From positions 1 through 64,000 of IMG/VR virus record IMGVR_UViG_3300036770_003657: a stretch of 64,000 nt of DNA. One strand, written 5' to 3'. Made by a program: the position numbers and the translations under genes. The notes beneath the pieces are model-generated. The model was given only the letters and a program-made list of their open reading frames with translations. It had not been told where the DNA came from and did no database searches. Below, piece after piece: positions 1 to 9,010 of the stretch. Positions within the stretch are counted from its first letter, which is position 1; every line of letters starts with the position of its first letter.

Positions 1-17
1 GATGAGATGGAGATGGA

Positions 18-200
18 ATGATGAACAAACGAATTCAAAAACTTTTTAACGAGGCTGGTTTTCATCAGCCGGAAATGGAACGACTTGGTATTGAAGACAA
101 GTTTGAAAAGTTCGCCGAGTTGATTGTCAGGGAATGTGCCAGCAAGGTCACCCGCAATGAAGCATTGAATATCTTTGAACATTTCGGAGTTGAAGAATGA
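18..200 (+). CDS. Small phage protein, 'EKFAELIV' paralog family
   Basis: MNKRIQKL...EKFAELIVREC...HFGVEE; shares termini with 5 other ORFs in the window. Confidence 0.75.
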   Translation: MMNKRIQKLFNEAGFHQPEMERLGIEDKFEKFAELIVRECASKVTRNEALNIFEHFGVEE

Positions 201-370
201 ACAAATATATATGGAAAATAACAGTGGGCAAAACTTATGTGGGAATGGCTGACACAGAGGACAGATTTAAGTTGTTGGCAGAAGCAGTAGACAATGGAAT
301 TATCCCTGCTGACTATAACATAACCGATGTGAAAATGGAGATCATAAAAAATGAACAAACGAATTCTTGA
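197..370 (+). CDS. Hypothetical protein (57 aa, below ORF-track cutoff)
   Basis: ATGA overlap with the previous stop; fills the gap between paralogs (MNKYIWKITVGK...). Confidence 0.55.
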   Translation: MNKYIWKITVGKTYVGMADTEDRFKLLAEAVDNGIIPADYNITDVKMEIIKNEQTNS

Positions 371-539
371 ATTGGCTAAACAATGTGGTTATTGGTCCGG
401 CCAGACTATCGAGATGAATGATGTTGGTATTGAAAAGTTCGCCGAGTTGATTGTCAGGGAATGTGCTGATATTGTTGATAGGGCAGAACCATATAAGGCC
501 AATGACTTGATATTAAAACATTTCGGAATTGAAGAATGA
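351..539 (+). CDS. Small phage protein, 'EKFAELIV' paralog family
   Basis: MNKRILELAK...EKFAELIVREC...HFGIEE; core DNA identical to 18..200 over about 35 nt. Confidence 0.75.
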   Translation: MNKRILELAKQCGYWSGQTIEMNDVGIEKFAELIVRECADIVDRAEPYKANDLILKHFGIEE

Positions 540-631
540 AAGTGTTTTGGTTGACCTGTGCGGAATGTGCCATGACAGAACCAATGCAACCATGTGAGGC
601 ATGTTCCAATCGCAGTGCCCAAGGAATGTAA
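536..631 (+). CDS. 31-aa CxxC-x8-CxxC micro-protein (possible Zn ribbon)
   Basis: ATGA overlap; MKVFWLTCAECAMTEPMQPCEACSNRSAQGM. Confidence 0.45.
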   Translation: MKVFWLTCAECAMTEPMQPCEACSNRSAQGM

Positions 632-632
632 A

Positions 633-716
633 ATGAACGAGATTGGTTTGGCACTGCTGGCCTGTTATGTGATAGGTTTTGTCACTGGTTTTGTTTGGGG
701 CTGGCCTAAGAATTAG
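633..716 (+). CDS. 27-aa single-TM micro-protein
   Basis: MNEIGLALLACYVIGFVTGFVWGWPKN; abuts the previous stop. Confidence 0.45.
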   Translation: MNEIGLALLACYVIGFVTGFVWGWPKN

Positions 717-726
717 GATTAGAAGA

Positions 727-951
727 ATGAACGAACGAATTCGAGAACTTGCTGAACAGGCTTGGGCCCAACGAGAGCTGATATCCAAAACTAAACCATT
801 AGACGATGCTTTTACAGAAAAATTGGCTGAACTTATTGTATGTGAATGTGCTGATCTATTCAAAAATGTATTGATCAGTATTGAAACAGAACATGGACAC
901 CAATCAGTTATGGCATCAAAGTTTATCAAAGACCATTTTGGTATAGAATGA
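727..951 (+). CDS. Small phage protein, 'EKFAELIV' paralog family
   Basis: MNERIRELAEQA...EKLAELIVCEC...HFGIE; start moved to ATG 727 by paralog alignment. Confidence 0.75.
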   Translation: MNERIRELAEQAWAQRELISKTKPLDDAFTEKLAELIVCECADLFKNVLISIETEHGHQSVMASKFIKDHFGIE

Positions 952-1130
952 AAATTATCCACGACATTGCTCAAAAAGCACAGATATCTGAAGTAGATGA
1001 CTTTATAATATTCTTTGCTGAACTCATAGCTGAAGAATGTTGTGACATAGCAGAAGCAGCACAAGAAGTAGGATTACCCGCAGCACCAATCATACGCAGA
1101 CACTTTGGACTATTGGAGAAAAGACAATGA
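948..1130 (+). CDS. Divergent member of 'EKFAELIV' family
   Basis: FFAELIAEEC...IRRHFG; ATGA overlap. Confidence 0.65.
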   Translation: MKIIHDIAQKAQISEVDDFIIFFAELIAEECCDIAEAAQEVGLPAAPIIRRHFGLLEKRQ

Positions 1131-1327
1131 CTATTGAAACTTACAATCGCAAGGCCCGTTTTGCTGAACTTAAACCATATGATCACTTGGCAGATGTCAA
1201 TGACTTTATGGAAGTCTGCGAATGGCACAATGGTGAAGGATTTGATGTGACCATAAACAATCGTGTTACATCATACACTTGGGGACAATGGGAATGTCTA
1301 CAGGTATTGGTAAATTATAAGAGGTGA
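1127..1327 (+). CDS. Hypothetical phage protein
   Basis: ORF coupled by ATGA overlap in an operon-like run. Confidence 0.65.
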   Translation: MTIETYNRKARFAELKPYDHLADVNDFMEVCEWHNGEGFDVTINNRVTSYTWGQWECLQVLVNYKR

Positions 1328-1329
1328 AT

Positions 1330-1779
1330 ATGACCAATGAACAGATCAGAGAACAAGATTTAGCCAATCAAAAATCTTTGGCCTTTCCACAGATTGGAGA
1401 CTATTGGCACGAAATGTTCTGTCCCTACTTTGTCATAGTTAACAAGGAAGGTGATAAATTCCGTGTACTCAGTTGTTTGGGTGGCCCTAAAAGTTTCACT
1501 CGTAAGCATGAACTGAACGCACGACTTGAAGTTGATAGTGGTCATTGGGGCTTTGACTACTCTAAGAGTATGCTGGTTGATTATGAATGGATTAGAAAGA
1601 CTGTTACCTACGAGAGTATTGACGGCTTTGTAGCAGATGTAGTCAATACACCAAAGACTCAACATATAGCAGAAGAATGGCGTAAGCACTTCGCACAGGA
1701 CTTGCGTAAACAATTGGCGGATCTCCAAAACCAATATGAAGAATTTACTGGATGGAAATATCTAAAGGAACCGATATGA
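1330..1779 (+). CDS. Hypothetical phage protein
   Basis: 149-aa ORF with GAGGTG SD before ATG 1330. Confidence 0.7.
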   Translation: MTNEQIREQDLANQKSLAFPQIGDYWHEMFCPYFVIVNKEGDKFRVLSCLGGPKSFTRKHELNARLEVDSGHWGFDYSKSMLVDYEWIRKTVTYESIDGFVADVVNTPKTQHIAEEWRKHFAQDLRKQLADLQNQYEEFTGWKYLKEPI

Positions 1780-2099
1780 CCAAAATCGTAATTAATCGTT
1801 GCTTTGGTGGATTTGGTCTAGGAGAATTGGCCATGGTGGAAATTGCTGATCGTAAGGGTTGGACCTTGGTTCAAAAAGGTAGATCCAATTACTTCAAAAG
1901 TCCAGAAGATGAGTTCGCAGACTACGATATCCCACGAGATGACCCAGATCTTGTAGCCACTGTGGAGATGATGGGCGAACATAGTTGGGGCCCATATGCT
2001 GAATTGCTCATAGTAGAAATACCCGATGATGTAGAATGGGTAATTGAAGAATACGATGGTAGAGAATGGATAGCAGAACGACATAGATGTTGGCCTTGA
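1776..2099 (+). CDS. Conserved hypothetical phage protein
   Basis: MTKIVINRCFGGFGL...RDDPDLV...IEEYDGREWI pattern common in phages; ATGA overlap. Confidence 0.75.
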   Translation: MTKIVINRCFGGFGLGELAMVEIADRKGWTLVQKGRSNYFKSPEDEFADYDIPRDDPDLVATVEMMGEHSWGPYAELLIVEIPDDVEWVIEEYDGREWIAERHRCWP

Positions 2100-2287
2100 A
2101 TAACATCATTAGAATTTGGGCAAGAGCCACTGGTCACTTGATGGGGGAGACTGATGAGGATCGTCCCCGTGTACCAGTATTATCATTACGGGAAGCAAGA
2201 ATAGCCCTATTCCTAAAAACATTTTGGGTAGCCATTCACGTCATAACCTGTTGTTTTATCATAGCCAACATAATTCATCATTGGTAA
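2087..2287 (+). CDS. Small membrane protein
   Basis: C-terminal hydrophobic segment; stop lies 4 nt before a promoter -35. Confidence 0.6.
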   Translation: MLALNNIIRIWARATGHLMGETDEDRPRVPVLSLREARIALFLKTFWVAIHVITCCFIIANIIHHW

Positions 2288-2290
2288 TAG

Positions 2291-2319
2291 TTGACAGCAT
2301 ACAGGACCTGTTGTATACT
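2291..2319 (+). promoter_or_regulatory. Sigma70-type early promoter
   Basis: TTGACA-17-TATACT followed by AAACAAAGGAGC RBS. Confidence 0.8.
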
Positions 2320-2347
2320 GTACTTACAGTAAACAAAGGAGCCACAA

Positions 2348-2539
2348 ATGAACAATCGTATCCAAGAACTCATGAAGCAGGCCAATCTCCAACCTTACTA
2401 TGATTCACAAGAAAAAGATATAGAAAAATTCGCCCTATTGATTGTTCAAGAATGTGCCGATATTGTTAGGCATATTAATTGTCAAGGTACTGACTTAGGC
2501 ACTATTATAGAAAGGAGAGTGTTAGGTGAGCGGCTATAA
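2348..2539 (+). CDS. Small phage protein, 'EKFAELIV' paralog family
   Basis: MNNRIQELMKQA...EKFALLIVQECADIV. Confidence 0.75.
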   Translation: MNNRIQELMKQANLQPYYDSQEKDIEKFALLIVQECADIVRHINCQGTDLGTIIERRVLGERL

Positions 2540-2876
2540 TCTTATACGCAAAATACGATACCTCGAGGAAGAATGTCATAAAATAGGCTTCCAAATATGC
2601 CAAGCTCAACATTTTTATCAAGAGTTTGGTGATGTTGTAGCACTAAAACCTAGAGATGACTGCCTTCCTGTATATAGTAGAGATGCTGAACTATTTGTTG
2701 GTACTATACAGGATTTGGAGCGTTGGGTACAGGGTTTCCACTTTGCCCGTAAATACGATAGTCTACTCCTAGGCAATAAACACGATGCTCTACGTGATCG
2801 TAAGGAGCAGGACTATAGAAACAAGGTATTGATTAAGAAAATAAAAGGTGAGGACATTGGGCAAGAAAACTACTAA
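2526..2876 (+). CDS. Hypothetical phage protein
   Basis: 116-aa ORF; GGAG SD before GTG. Confidence 0.7.
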   Translation: MSGYNLIRKIRYLEEECHKIGFQICQAQHFYQEFGDVVALKPRDDCLPVYSRDAELFVGTIQDLERWVQGFHFARKYDSLLLGNKHDALRDRKEQDYRNKVLIKKIKGEDIGQENY

Positions 2877-3216
2877 ACAACCTAATAGGTTCCTTGTCGT
2901 ATGGGATATGTATGGTTTGGAGAGTGTGACCAATCTTACCAGTTTGGATAAACAATATATTTGGAATGCTCTAAAGGATGGTAAAGACGAAGCTTACAAT
3001 AAGGCTATGAACACTGTGAGATATTTTATTCTACGTGCTCGTACCAATACACAAAGATGCTATGAGATTTATACAATAGATGTAGATCCAGAAGTTAGTG
3101 TGGATGAAATTACTGGTATGTTTGAATCAGATCCACAGGGCAGTGCTGAACTTATTCGTAGTAGGGGCAACTTATTACACAGTGATCGTAGCAATCGTAA
3201 ACAGGTGATATCTTGA
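2848..3216 (+). CDS. Hypothetical phage protein
   Basis: 122-aa ORF in a co-directional run; start uncertain. Confidence 0.7.
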   Translation: MRTLGKKTTKQPNRFLVVWDMYGLESVTNLTSLDKQYIWNALKDGKDEAYNKAMNTVRYFILRARTNTQRCYEIYTIDVDPEVSVDEITGMFESDPQGSAELIRSRGNLLHSDRSNRKQVIS

Positions 3217-3446
3217 AAAAGTTTAGGCCACAGGAGTATTGTAAGTTTAAAAAGCACAAATACGGACCGCTTGGTCCTTATAATTGGCTTAAATGCTATG
3301 ATCTTACGCTCGAAAATTACTTGAATCGTGTAGAGGGTATACTACACTATAGGCACTACCACGCACCTAAACCCATTAGACTGAAATGGCATAGTGCTTG
3401 GCTGAGAATGGAACAACGCAGATATAGTAAAAAGGATAGAGTATGA
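3213..3446 (+). CDS. Hypothetical basic protein
   Basis: Overlapping start/stop coupling. Confidence 0.55.
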   Translation: MKKFRPQEYCKFKKHKYGPLGPYNWLKCYDLTLENYLNRVEGILHYRHYHAPKPIRLKWHSAWLRMEQRRYSKKDRV

Positions 3447-3637
3447 GAATAATGATTGATCCCTTAGATGGTTGGAAGTATGACTTCCCCAAAGAGTATG
3501 ACCCAGATCGAGATGGTAGTGACTTTATGGCTTGGCTCTTACGGGAGGGCTATCCACAAACTATGATTGATCGTAGTATTGAATTATATGGCGGAGAGTT
3601 TAAATATCGTAGTTGGATAGTGGAAAAGGATCTTTGA
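3443..3637 (+). CDS. Hypothetical phage protein
   Basis: IDPxxGWKYxFPK pattern; ATGA overlap. Confidence 0.65.
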   Translation: MRIMIDPLDGWKYDFPKEYDPDRDGSDFMAWLLREGYPQTMIDRSIELYGGEFKYRSWIVEKDL

Positions 3638-3858
3638 TGAATGGCCAATTACGCATTATTGCTGAACGTGCCTGTAGACAAATTGACTTGACCTATCCTG
3701 GAGATGCCTTACCCACTGCCATTGCTCAACACTTACTCAAAGACTTGTACGAAGAATTGGGTAAACTTAAATGGGCGGGTGAGGATGAAGGGTGGGACAA
3801 GGCCATAAAGGCTGTTAGAGAAGAACTAAGCATACGTTATGGAGTGAGAGTAAAATGA
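3637..3858 (+). CDS. Hypothetical phage protein
   Basis: TGATG overlap start. Confidence 0.65.
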   Translation: MNGQLRIIAERACRQIDLTYPGDALPTAIAQHLLKDLYEELGKLKWAGEDEGWDKAIKAVREELSIRYGVRVK

Positions 3859-4208
3859 TTGAACTATTAATATTATTCGTAGGATTTTGTCTAGGTTCAG
3901 TGTTTGGTTATATGAAAGGTACTGGCAGTATTATAGACCTGTTTATCAAACATCCAGAAGAATTGGACAAACTAAAAAGGCAGTTAGACAATTTGCCTAA
4001 ACCTAAAGAAACACCTAAAGAACAAGAGGTTATGACTATAGAACGTCATGGAGATGAACTATATGCTTTTACAGTCAATGGAGACTTTCTAGCACAGGCT
4101 CCTAGTATGACTCTATTACTGACACGTATTGAACAACGCTTCCCTGGCCGTGTGTTTAAAGGTGAACTCAGTGCTAAGGATGCCAAAGATTTTGGCATTA
4201 TACAATAA
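3855..4208 (+). CDS. Membrane-anchored hypothetical protein
   Basis: N-terminal TM helix then a soluble domain. Confidence 0.7.
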   Translation: MIELLILFVGFCLGSVFGYMKGTGSIIDLFIKHPEELDKLKRQLDNLPKPKETPKEQEVMTIERHGDELYAFTVNGDFLAQAPSMTLLLTRIEQRFPGRVFKGELSAKDAKDFGIIQ

Positions 4209-4226
4209 TACATTTTACCGTTATAC

Positions 4227-4255
4227 TTGATCTACAGGTCTAGCTGTAGTATACT
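4227..4255 (+). promoter_or_regulatory. Sigma70-type promoter with GGTCTAGCTGT motif in the spacer
   Basis: TTGATC-17-TATACT; motif recurs at 9011, 9171 and 9224. Confidence 0.65.
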
Positions 4256-4279
4256 AGGTATACTAAACAAGGAGATGTT

Positions 4280-4543
4280 ATGAAACTTTTTAACCCAGAA
4301 ACCAAAACCTATAGCGTATTTAAATACCTCTATGAAGGCAATGCTCTTACTACTGTAGAAGCAGAACAACGCTTCAACGTAAAGAACCTTCGTGCTGAAG
4401 TCAGTCGTATCCGTCAAGGTGGATATGCTGTATACAGCCAGACTCGTAAGGGTACTGACACCACTGAATACGTTATTGGTAAGCCCAGCCGTGAAATCGT
4501 TGCTCTTGGCTATAAGGCAAAATCAATGGGTATCACACTTTAA
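4280..4543 (+). CDS. Helix-turn-helix DNA-binding protein
   Basis: LYEGNALTTVEAEQRFNVKNLRAEVSRIRQGGYAV fits winged-HTH (HTH_39-like); own promoter, SD and terminator. Confidence 0.7.
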   Translation: MKLFNPETKTYSVFKYLYEGNALTTVEAEQRFNVKNLRAEVSRIRQGGYAVYSQTRKGTDTTEYVIGKPSREIVALGYKAKSMGITL

Positions 4544-4566
4544 TCTAGATAACTAGAATAAAGCAC

Positions 4567-4591
4567 AGGGGGCTTAGGCCCCTTTCATTTT
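4567..4591 (+). terminator. Intrinsic terminator
   Basis: GGGGC-TTAG-GCCCC followed by TTTCATTTT. Confidence 0.65.
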
Positions 4592-5329
4592 ATGTTAAAA
4601 CTATTCTATCATATACATAGCACAGGCGATCAATACGGAGACTTATTCTTCGTAGACGAACAAATTAAAAGACTTCAATACAGCGAACTCATAGACGCTG
4701 CCAGTGTACATGCCGTTATTACAGGTCCTAGCACAGACGCACTATGGCACCTTGTTGATCGTAGTCGAAAGATACGCATACTAGAACACGTAGAAACACA
4801 CAGTGATCCCATGTACGAAGGACGTACACTACAACATCTTTACAACGATGTCACAGAAGATGATATAGTCATCTACATACACACAAAAGGTATTAGCTAT
4901 CTTGTGGGTAATCGTACTGTGGCAGGATCATTTACTGCTAGACACGTTAAGGCTATCAATGGATGGCGTGAGGATATGGAATATAATATTATTGACTGTT
5001 GGCAGGATAGGCTTAAGGATATGAGTATTTATCAAACACAAGGATGCTTCCTTAAGAATGAACCATGGAGGCACTATATGGGTAATATGTGGTGGGCACA
5101 GGGTAGATATATTCGAAGCTTGCCCAATCCCGTTACATTTCCCGTCTTACCCTATCCTGGTATGGAATACGAAGAAACTAGACCAGAACGTATGAGATAT
5201 GAACAATGGATATTACTGAATAATGGTATGCACAATGATCTCAAACCATATCCCTATGATGCTGTGAAAAATCAACCAGGATATTCAACAGCATTTACTC
5301 CATATGAGGATGATATAAGCACACTATGA
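4592..5329 (+). CDS. HTKG/GNxWW family paralog 1, putative glycosyltransferase-like
   Basis: FYHI, EGRTL, YIHTKGIS, YMGNMWW, RYEQW, YEDD motifs shared by 4 tandem genes. Confidence 0.55.
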   Translation: MLKLFYHIHSTGDQYGDLFFVDEQIKRLQYSELIDAASVHAVITGPSTDALWHLVDRSRKIRILEHVETHSDPMYEGRTLQHLYNDVTEDDIVIYIHTKGISYLVGNRTVAGSFTARHVKAINGWREDMEYNIIDCWQDRLKDMSIYQTQGCFLKNEPWRHYMGNMWWAQGRYIRSLPNPVTFPVLPYPGMEYEETRPERMRYEQWILLNNGMHNDLKPYPYDAVKNQPGYSTAFTPYEDDISTL

Positions 5330-6159
5330 TAAAAATATTCTATCATATCTATACTAGTAAACATCGTAAGATAGGACTGCTTATGGTGGATAATCAAATA
5401 CGTCGTATGCAACGCAGTGGATTATGGCAAAGAGCAGATGAAATCAATTGTGTAATAGTTGGTCCCTATGCTGATGACATAGAAGAATTAGTTAACCTAC
5501 ATGGTAAGATACGTATATTGGAAAAGAGCTATGACGACAAGGAATTAGAGTTTGAAGGACGCACACTAAAACATCTTTGGCGCATGACCAATCCAGAAGA
5601 TAAGGTATTATATTTTCATACTAAAGGTATTAGCTATGTCACAGCAGAGAATAGAATAAATGGCATATATGTAAGCCCACGTAATGTACGTGCCATAAAT
5701 GGATGGCGTCATGCACTAGAATATTTCGCTATTGATGATTGGCAATGGCAGGTCAGTGGATTGGGCACTGCTTATCACACTGTGGGTATTATGTTATTAT
5801 TTTGGCCCTTTTATATGTATGCTGGCAACTTTTGGTGGGCCAGTGGACATCATATTAGGCAGCAGGCTGAACCTATAGTATGGCCTGGACATGACTATGA
5901 CGCACGTAAAGAAGAAGATAGCATAGATACTAATCCATTAACCATAAGTCGTATGCGACACGAACAATGGATCTTTAGCAACAGAGATCATAGCTACTAT
6001 CATTGCCTATTCAGTCAATTAGATAAACCCAAAGATGACGAGTATCACTTGTGTAATAGTTTTTGGTTATATGAGGATGATCTTACTCCCCATGTAATAA
6101 ATGATAGACGTTGGCTGAACCTACACTTTCGCCATAACCAACCACCTCCCCCTGTATAA
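5326..6159 (+). CDS. HTKG/GNxWW family paralog 2
   Basis: Same motif set (YFHTKGIS, YAGNFWW, RHEQW, YEDD). Confidence 0.55.
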   Translation: MIKIFYHIYTSKHRKIGLLMVDNQIRRMQRSGLWQRADEINCVIVGPYADDIEELVNLHGKIRILEKSYDDKELEFEGRTLKHLWRMTNPEDKVLYFHTKGISYVTAENRINGIYVSPRNVRAINGWRHALEYFAIDDWQWQVSGLGTAYHTVGIMLLFWPFYMYAGNFWWASGHHIRQQAEPIVWPGHDYDARKEEDSIDTNPLTISRMRHEQWIFSNRDHSYYHCLFSQLDKPKDDEYHLCNSFWLYEDDLTPHVINDRRWLNLHFRHNQPPPPV

Positions 6160-6174
6160 TAGGATACATACTGT

Positions 6175-6933
6175 ATGGCAACTAAACTATATTATCACGT
6201 ATACACCAGCGCTGATGTTGTAATGAATCAGTGGCTTATAGACGATCAAATCAAACGACTACAATGGAAAAACCTAGCAGGCAACGTGGAATGCTACTGT
6301 ACTATCAGTGGCTATAACGTATTCCCTGCACTGGATCTAATCAATAAACATCGTAGTTGGCTTAAGGTATTAGAGTGGGAAGAAGACGATCCACACGGTG
6401 AGTTTGAAGGACGCACGCTCAAATACTTGTATAGAGATGCACAACCAGGTGATCGCATTTTTTATATGCACACAAAGGGTATTAGCTTTCTCAGTGGCTT
6501 TAGAAATTGGGGAGATGATAACTATCAATTTGGTGCCCGTAATGTAAAGGCTCTAACCAGTTGGCGTCTTGTTATGGAGACTACTCTGCTTGATGTATGG
6601 ACTCAACGTGTTAGGGAATTAGATACTTGTGACAGCATAGGCTGTTATTACTTAGAAGATCCATTTCCTCACTATATGGGCAACTTCTGGTGGACCACAG
6701 GCGATCATATACGCAGGTTGGAACATCCATTTGAATTTCCACCTTTGGCCTATCCCAATATGATGATACAGGAAACTACCCCAGAACGCATTAGATACGA
6801 ACAATGGCTATTTACCAAGCCAGGCTATCATATCAATGCTAGATCATGGCCTTGGCACATTAGCCCAGATAAAAGAGAGCCAGGATATAGCCCGGGTGTA
6901 AACCCTTACGAGGACGACTTCGCAGCCTACTAA
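6175..6933 (+). CDS. HTKG/GNxWW family paralog 3
   Basis: Same motif set (YMHTKGIS, YMGNFWW, RYEQW, YEDD). Confidence 0.55.
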   Translation: MATKLYYHVYTSADVVMNQWLIDDQIKRLQWKNLAGNVECYCTISGYNVFPALDLINKHRSWLKVLEWEEDDPHGEFEGRTLKYLYRDAQPGDRIFYMHTKGISFLSGFRNWGDDNYQFGARNVKALTSWRLVMETTLLDVWTQRVRELDTCDSIGCYYLEDPFPHYMGNFWWTTGDHIRRLEHPFEFPPLAYPNMMIQETTPERIRYEQWLFTKPGYHINARSWPWHISPDKREPGYSPGVNPYEDDFAAY

Positions 6934-6934
6934 T

Positions 6935-7747
6935 ATGATTAGAATATACTATCACATCTATACCAGCAGTCATAAAATATTGAGTCTTAGCTTTGTAGAT
7001 CAACAACTACGCAGGATCTATGTCAGTGGCTTACCTAAATATGCACAATTAAATTGTGTTATACATGGACCCTATCATAAAGACGTAGAAGAAATGGTCA
7101 CACGATACGGCGGATGGAATATTAAGGAAAGTATACCAGAAGATACAGAGGGCCTTAGAGAAACACGTACACTGAGATATCTTTGGACCGAAACACAGTG
7201 GGATGATGCTGTACTATTCCTCCATACTAAAGGTATTAACTATATGAGCGGGGAAAATCGTATACACGGCATAACAATGCCACGTAACCTACGTGCCATA
7301 AACAGTTGGCGTCATGCCTTAGAATACTACAACGTAGACGAATGGTGGCAACGATTCAATAGAATAAAGGACTTGGGTATTGATACAGAAAGCGCCTTTA
7401 TGAACTTAGAACCCTATTGGAACTATTGTGGTAACGTATGGTGGGCCAAGGGCAGTCATATTAGGCTACTACCTGATCCTACTACTATGCAGGGTATTGA
7501 TAAGAAAAACGCAGCCCGTGCTTGGCTGTTTTGGCATAAGGGTAATCATATGAGCGTGTTCCACGTACTGGATAAACCACGTGAAGATGGTAGAGGTGGA
7601 TATGGTACATTTCGTCTACACGAGGATGATCTAATGAAGTATCTCATTGAAGATCGTGATCGTGTCACTGCTAGTAAAGAATTTATTATGACTCCAATGG
7701 CCATGGAAATTGTGGAAAAAGAATTCCTAGCTCGCTCAAATAAATAA
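6935..7747 (+). CDS. HTKG/GNxWW family paralog 4
   Basis: Same motif set (FLHTKGIN, YCGNVWW, HEDD). Confidence 0.55.
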   Translation: MIRIYYHIYTSSHKILSLSFVDQQLRRIYVSGLPKYAQLNCVIHGPYHKDVEEMVTRYGGWNIKESIPEDTEGLRETRTLRYLWTETQWDDAVLFLHTKGINYMSGENRIHGITMPRNLRAINSWRHALEYYNVDEWWQRFNRIKDLGIDTESAFMNLEPYWNYCGNVWWAKGSHIRLLPDPTTMQGIDKKNAARAWLFWHKGNHMSVFHVLDKPREDGRGGYGTFRLHEDDLMKYLIEDRDRVTASKEFIMTPMAMEIVEKEFLARSNK

Positions 7748-7750
7748 ACA

Positions 7751-7990
7751 ATGGGACGCAATAGTTTAGAACTACAAATGATGGCCATGGCTATAAATCA
7801 GGTTATTGGCCTATGCTATGATCAACGTGTTACTACCACTCTACGTGACGTATTCCTATTATTACGCACCCCAGAAGAATATTGGATTGGAGAATGGGGC
7901 CTAGACGACCCCATTGTAATCAACAATGACCAAGACCTAATTACTACTAGGGATGAGATACTAGCGAGGTTTGGTACTCCTAGGCATTGA
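7751..7990 (+). CDS. Hypothetical protein
   Basis: 79-aa ORF preceded by ATAAATA (7740-7746). Confidence 0.55.
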   Translation: MGRNSLELQMMAMAINQVIGLCYDQRVTTTLRDVFLLLRTPEEYWIGEWGLDDPIVINNDQDLITTRDEILARFGTPRH

Positions 7991-8981
7991 GTATCCTAGC
8001 ACAATCTAAAGCACAATAGGTCAGGATTCCATCTGCTCCAGCTCTCCTGAACGCTGTCATAATCTCCATCATGGCCTTATCATAATCTAAATACCCAGCA
8101 AGACTAGCAGCCCTTAACATAGCATACTCACCTGACACATGATACACATAGGTGGGATAATTAAAACGATCCTTTACCCTACGCACAATGTCCAAATAGG
8201 GTAACCCTGGCTTAATCATTACCATATCCGCCCCTTCATTGATATCCATTTCCACTTCCCTTAGTGCTTCATCAGTGTTGGCATAATCCATTTGATACTG
8301 CTTTTTATCTGTAGTACCCAATGCACTAGCACTGCCCACAGCACCCCTAAATGGTGCATAGAACGACGACGCATACTTGGCACTATAACTCATGATCATG
8401 GCATGCACCTTAGATCCATGCCCTGTCTCTAACATACGACGTATGTGCCCAATACGCCCATCCATCATGTCACTGGGCGCTAGGATGTCACATCCCGCTT
8501 CTACTAACACCTGACTCATTATGACTAACTGACGCACTGTGAGATCATTTTGTAAATAACCATTGAGATCTGGTATTCCATCCTGCCCATGATCAGTATA
8601 TGGATCCAATGCTACATCACAGATAATACCCAAACTGGGAAATCTCGTCTTAATATCATGTACAACTGTGGGTATGAGCCCCAATGGATTGATTGCTTCC
8701 GACCCCTCATGATCCTTCTTACTACTATCTATATAAGGGAATAAGGCTATGGCAGGTATGCCCAAGTCTACACATTCTGCACACAATATGAATAACTGGT
8801 CTGGCGTATATCTATATACTCCAGGCATGTTTGATATCTCTTCCTTTATACCTATACCCTCACGTACAAATACAGGTAATACGAGATTACGCACACTTAG
8901 ATCAGTTTCCTGTACCATACTGCGAACCCACGCACTACGACGTACTCTACGGCTACGGTGTAATGGATATTCTAAACGCAT
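7980..8981 (-). CDS. hemB: Porphobilinogen synthase (ALA dehydratase), Asp-rich non-Zn type
   Basis: DVALDPYTDHGQDG, APSDMMDGRIG, MSYSAKYASSFYAPFR, EGADMVMIKPG, YHVSGEYAM. Confidence 0.97.
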   Translation of the reverse strand: MRLEYPLHRSRRVRRSAWVRSMVQETDLSVRNLVLPVFVREGIGIKEEISNMPGVYRYTPDQLFILCAECVDLGIPAIALFPYIDSSKKDHEGSEAINPLGLIPTVVHDIKTRFPSLGIICDVALDPYTDHGQDGIPDLNGYLQNDLTVRQLVIMSQVLVEAGCDILAPSDMMDGRIGHIRRMLETGHGSKVHAMIMSYSAKYASSFYAPFRGAVGSASALGTTDKKQYQMDYANTDEALREVEMDINEGADMVMIKPGLPYLDIVRRVKDRFNYPTYVYHVSGEYAMLRAASLAGYLDYDKAMMEIMTAFRRAGADGILTYCALDCARILNA

Positions 8982-9010
8982 ATTAACTCCAAATTAAACT
9001 ACTATTTAAT

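Noticed and set aside
18-2539. Diversity-generating retroelement behind the EKFAELIV family
   Set aside because: No reverse transcriptase in the window, and differences are block replacements rather than adenine-specific substitutions.
7980-8981. Host chromosomal DNA or prophage boundary at hemB, hemF or kdsA
   Set aside because: Each is an isolated gene among phage genes with phage-type upstream motifs or coupling; no integrase or run of bacterial genes.
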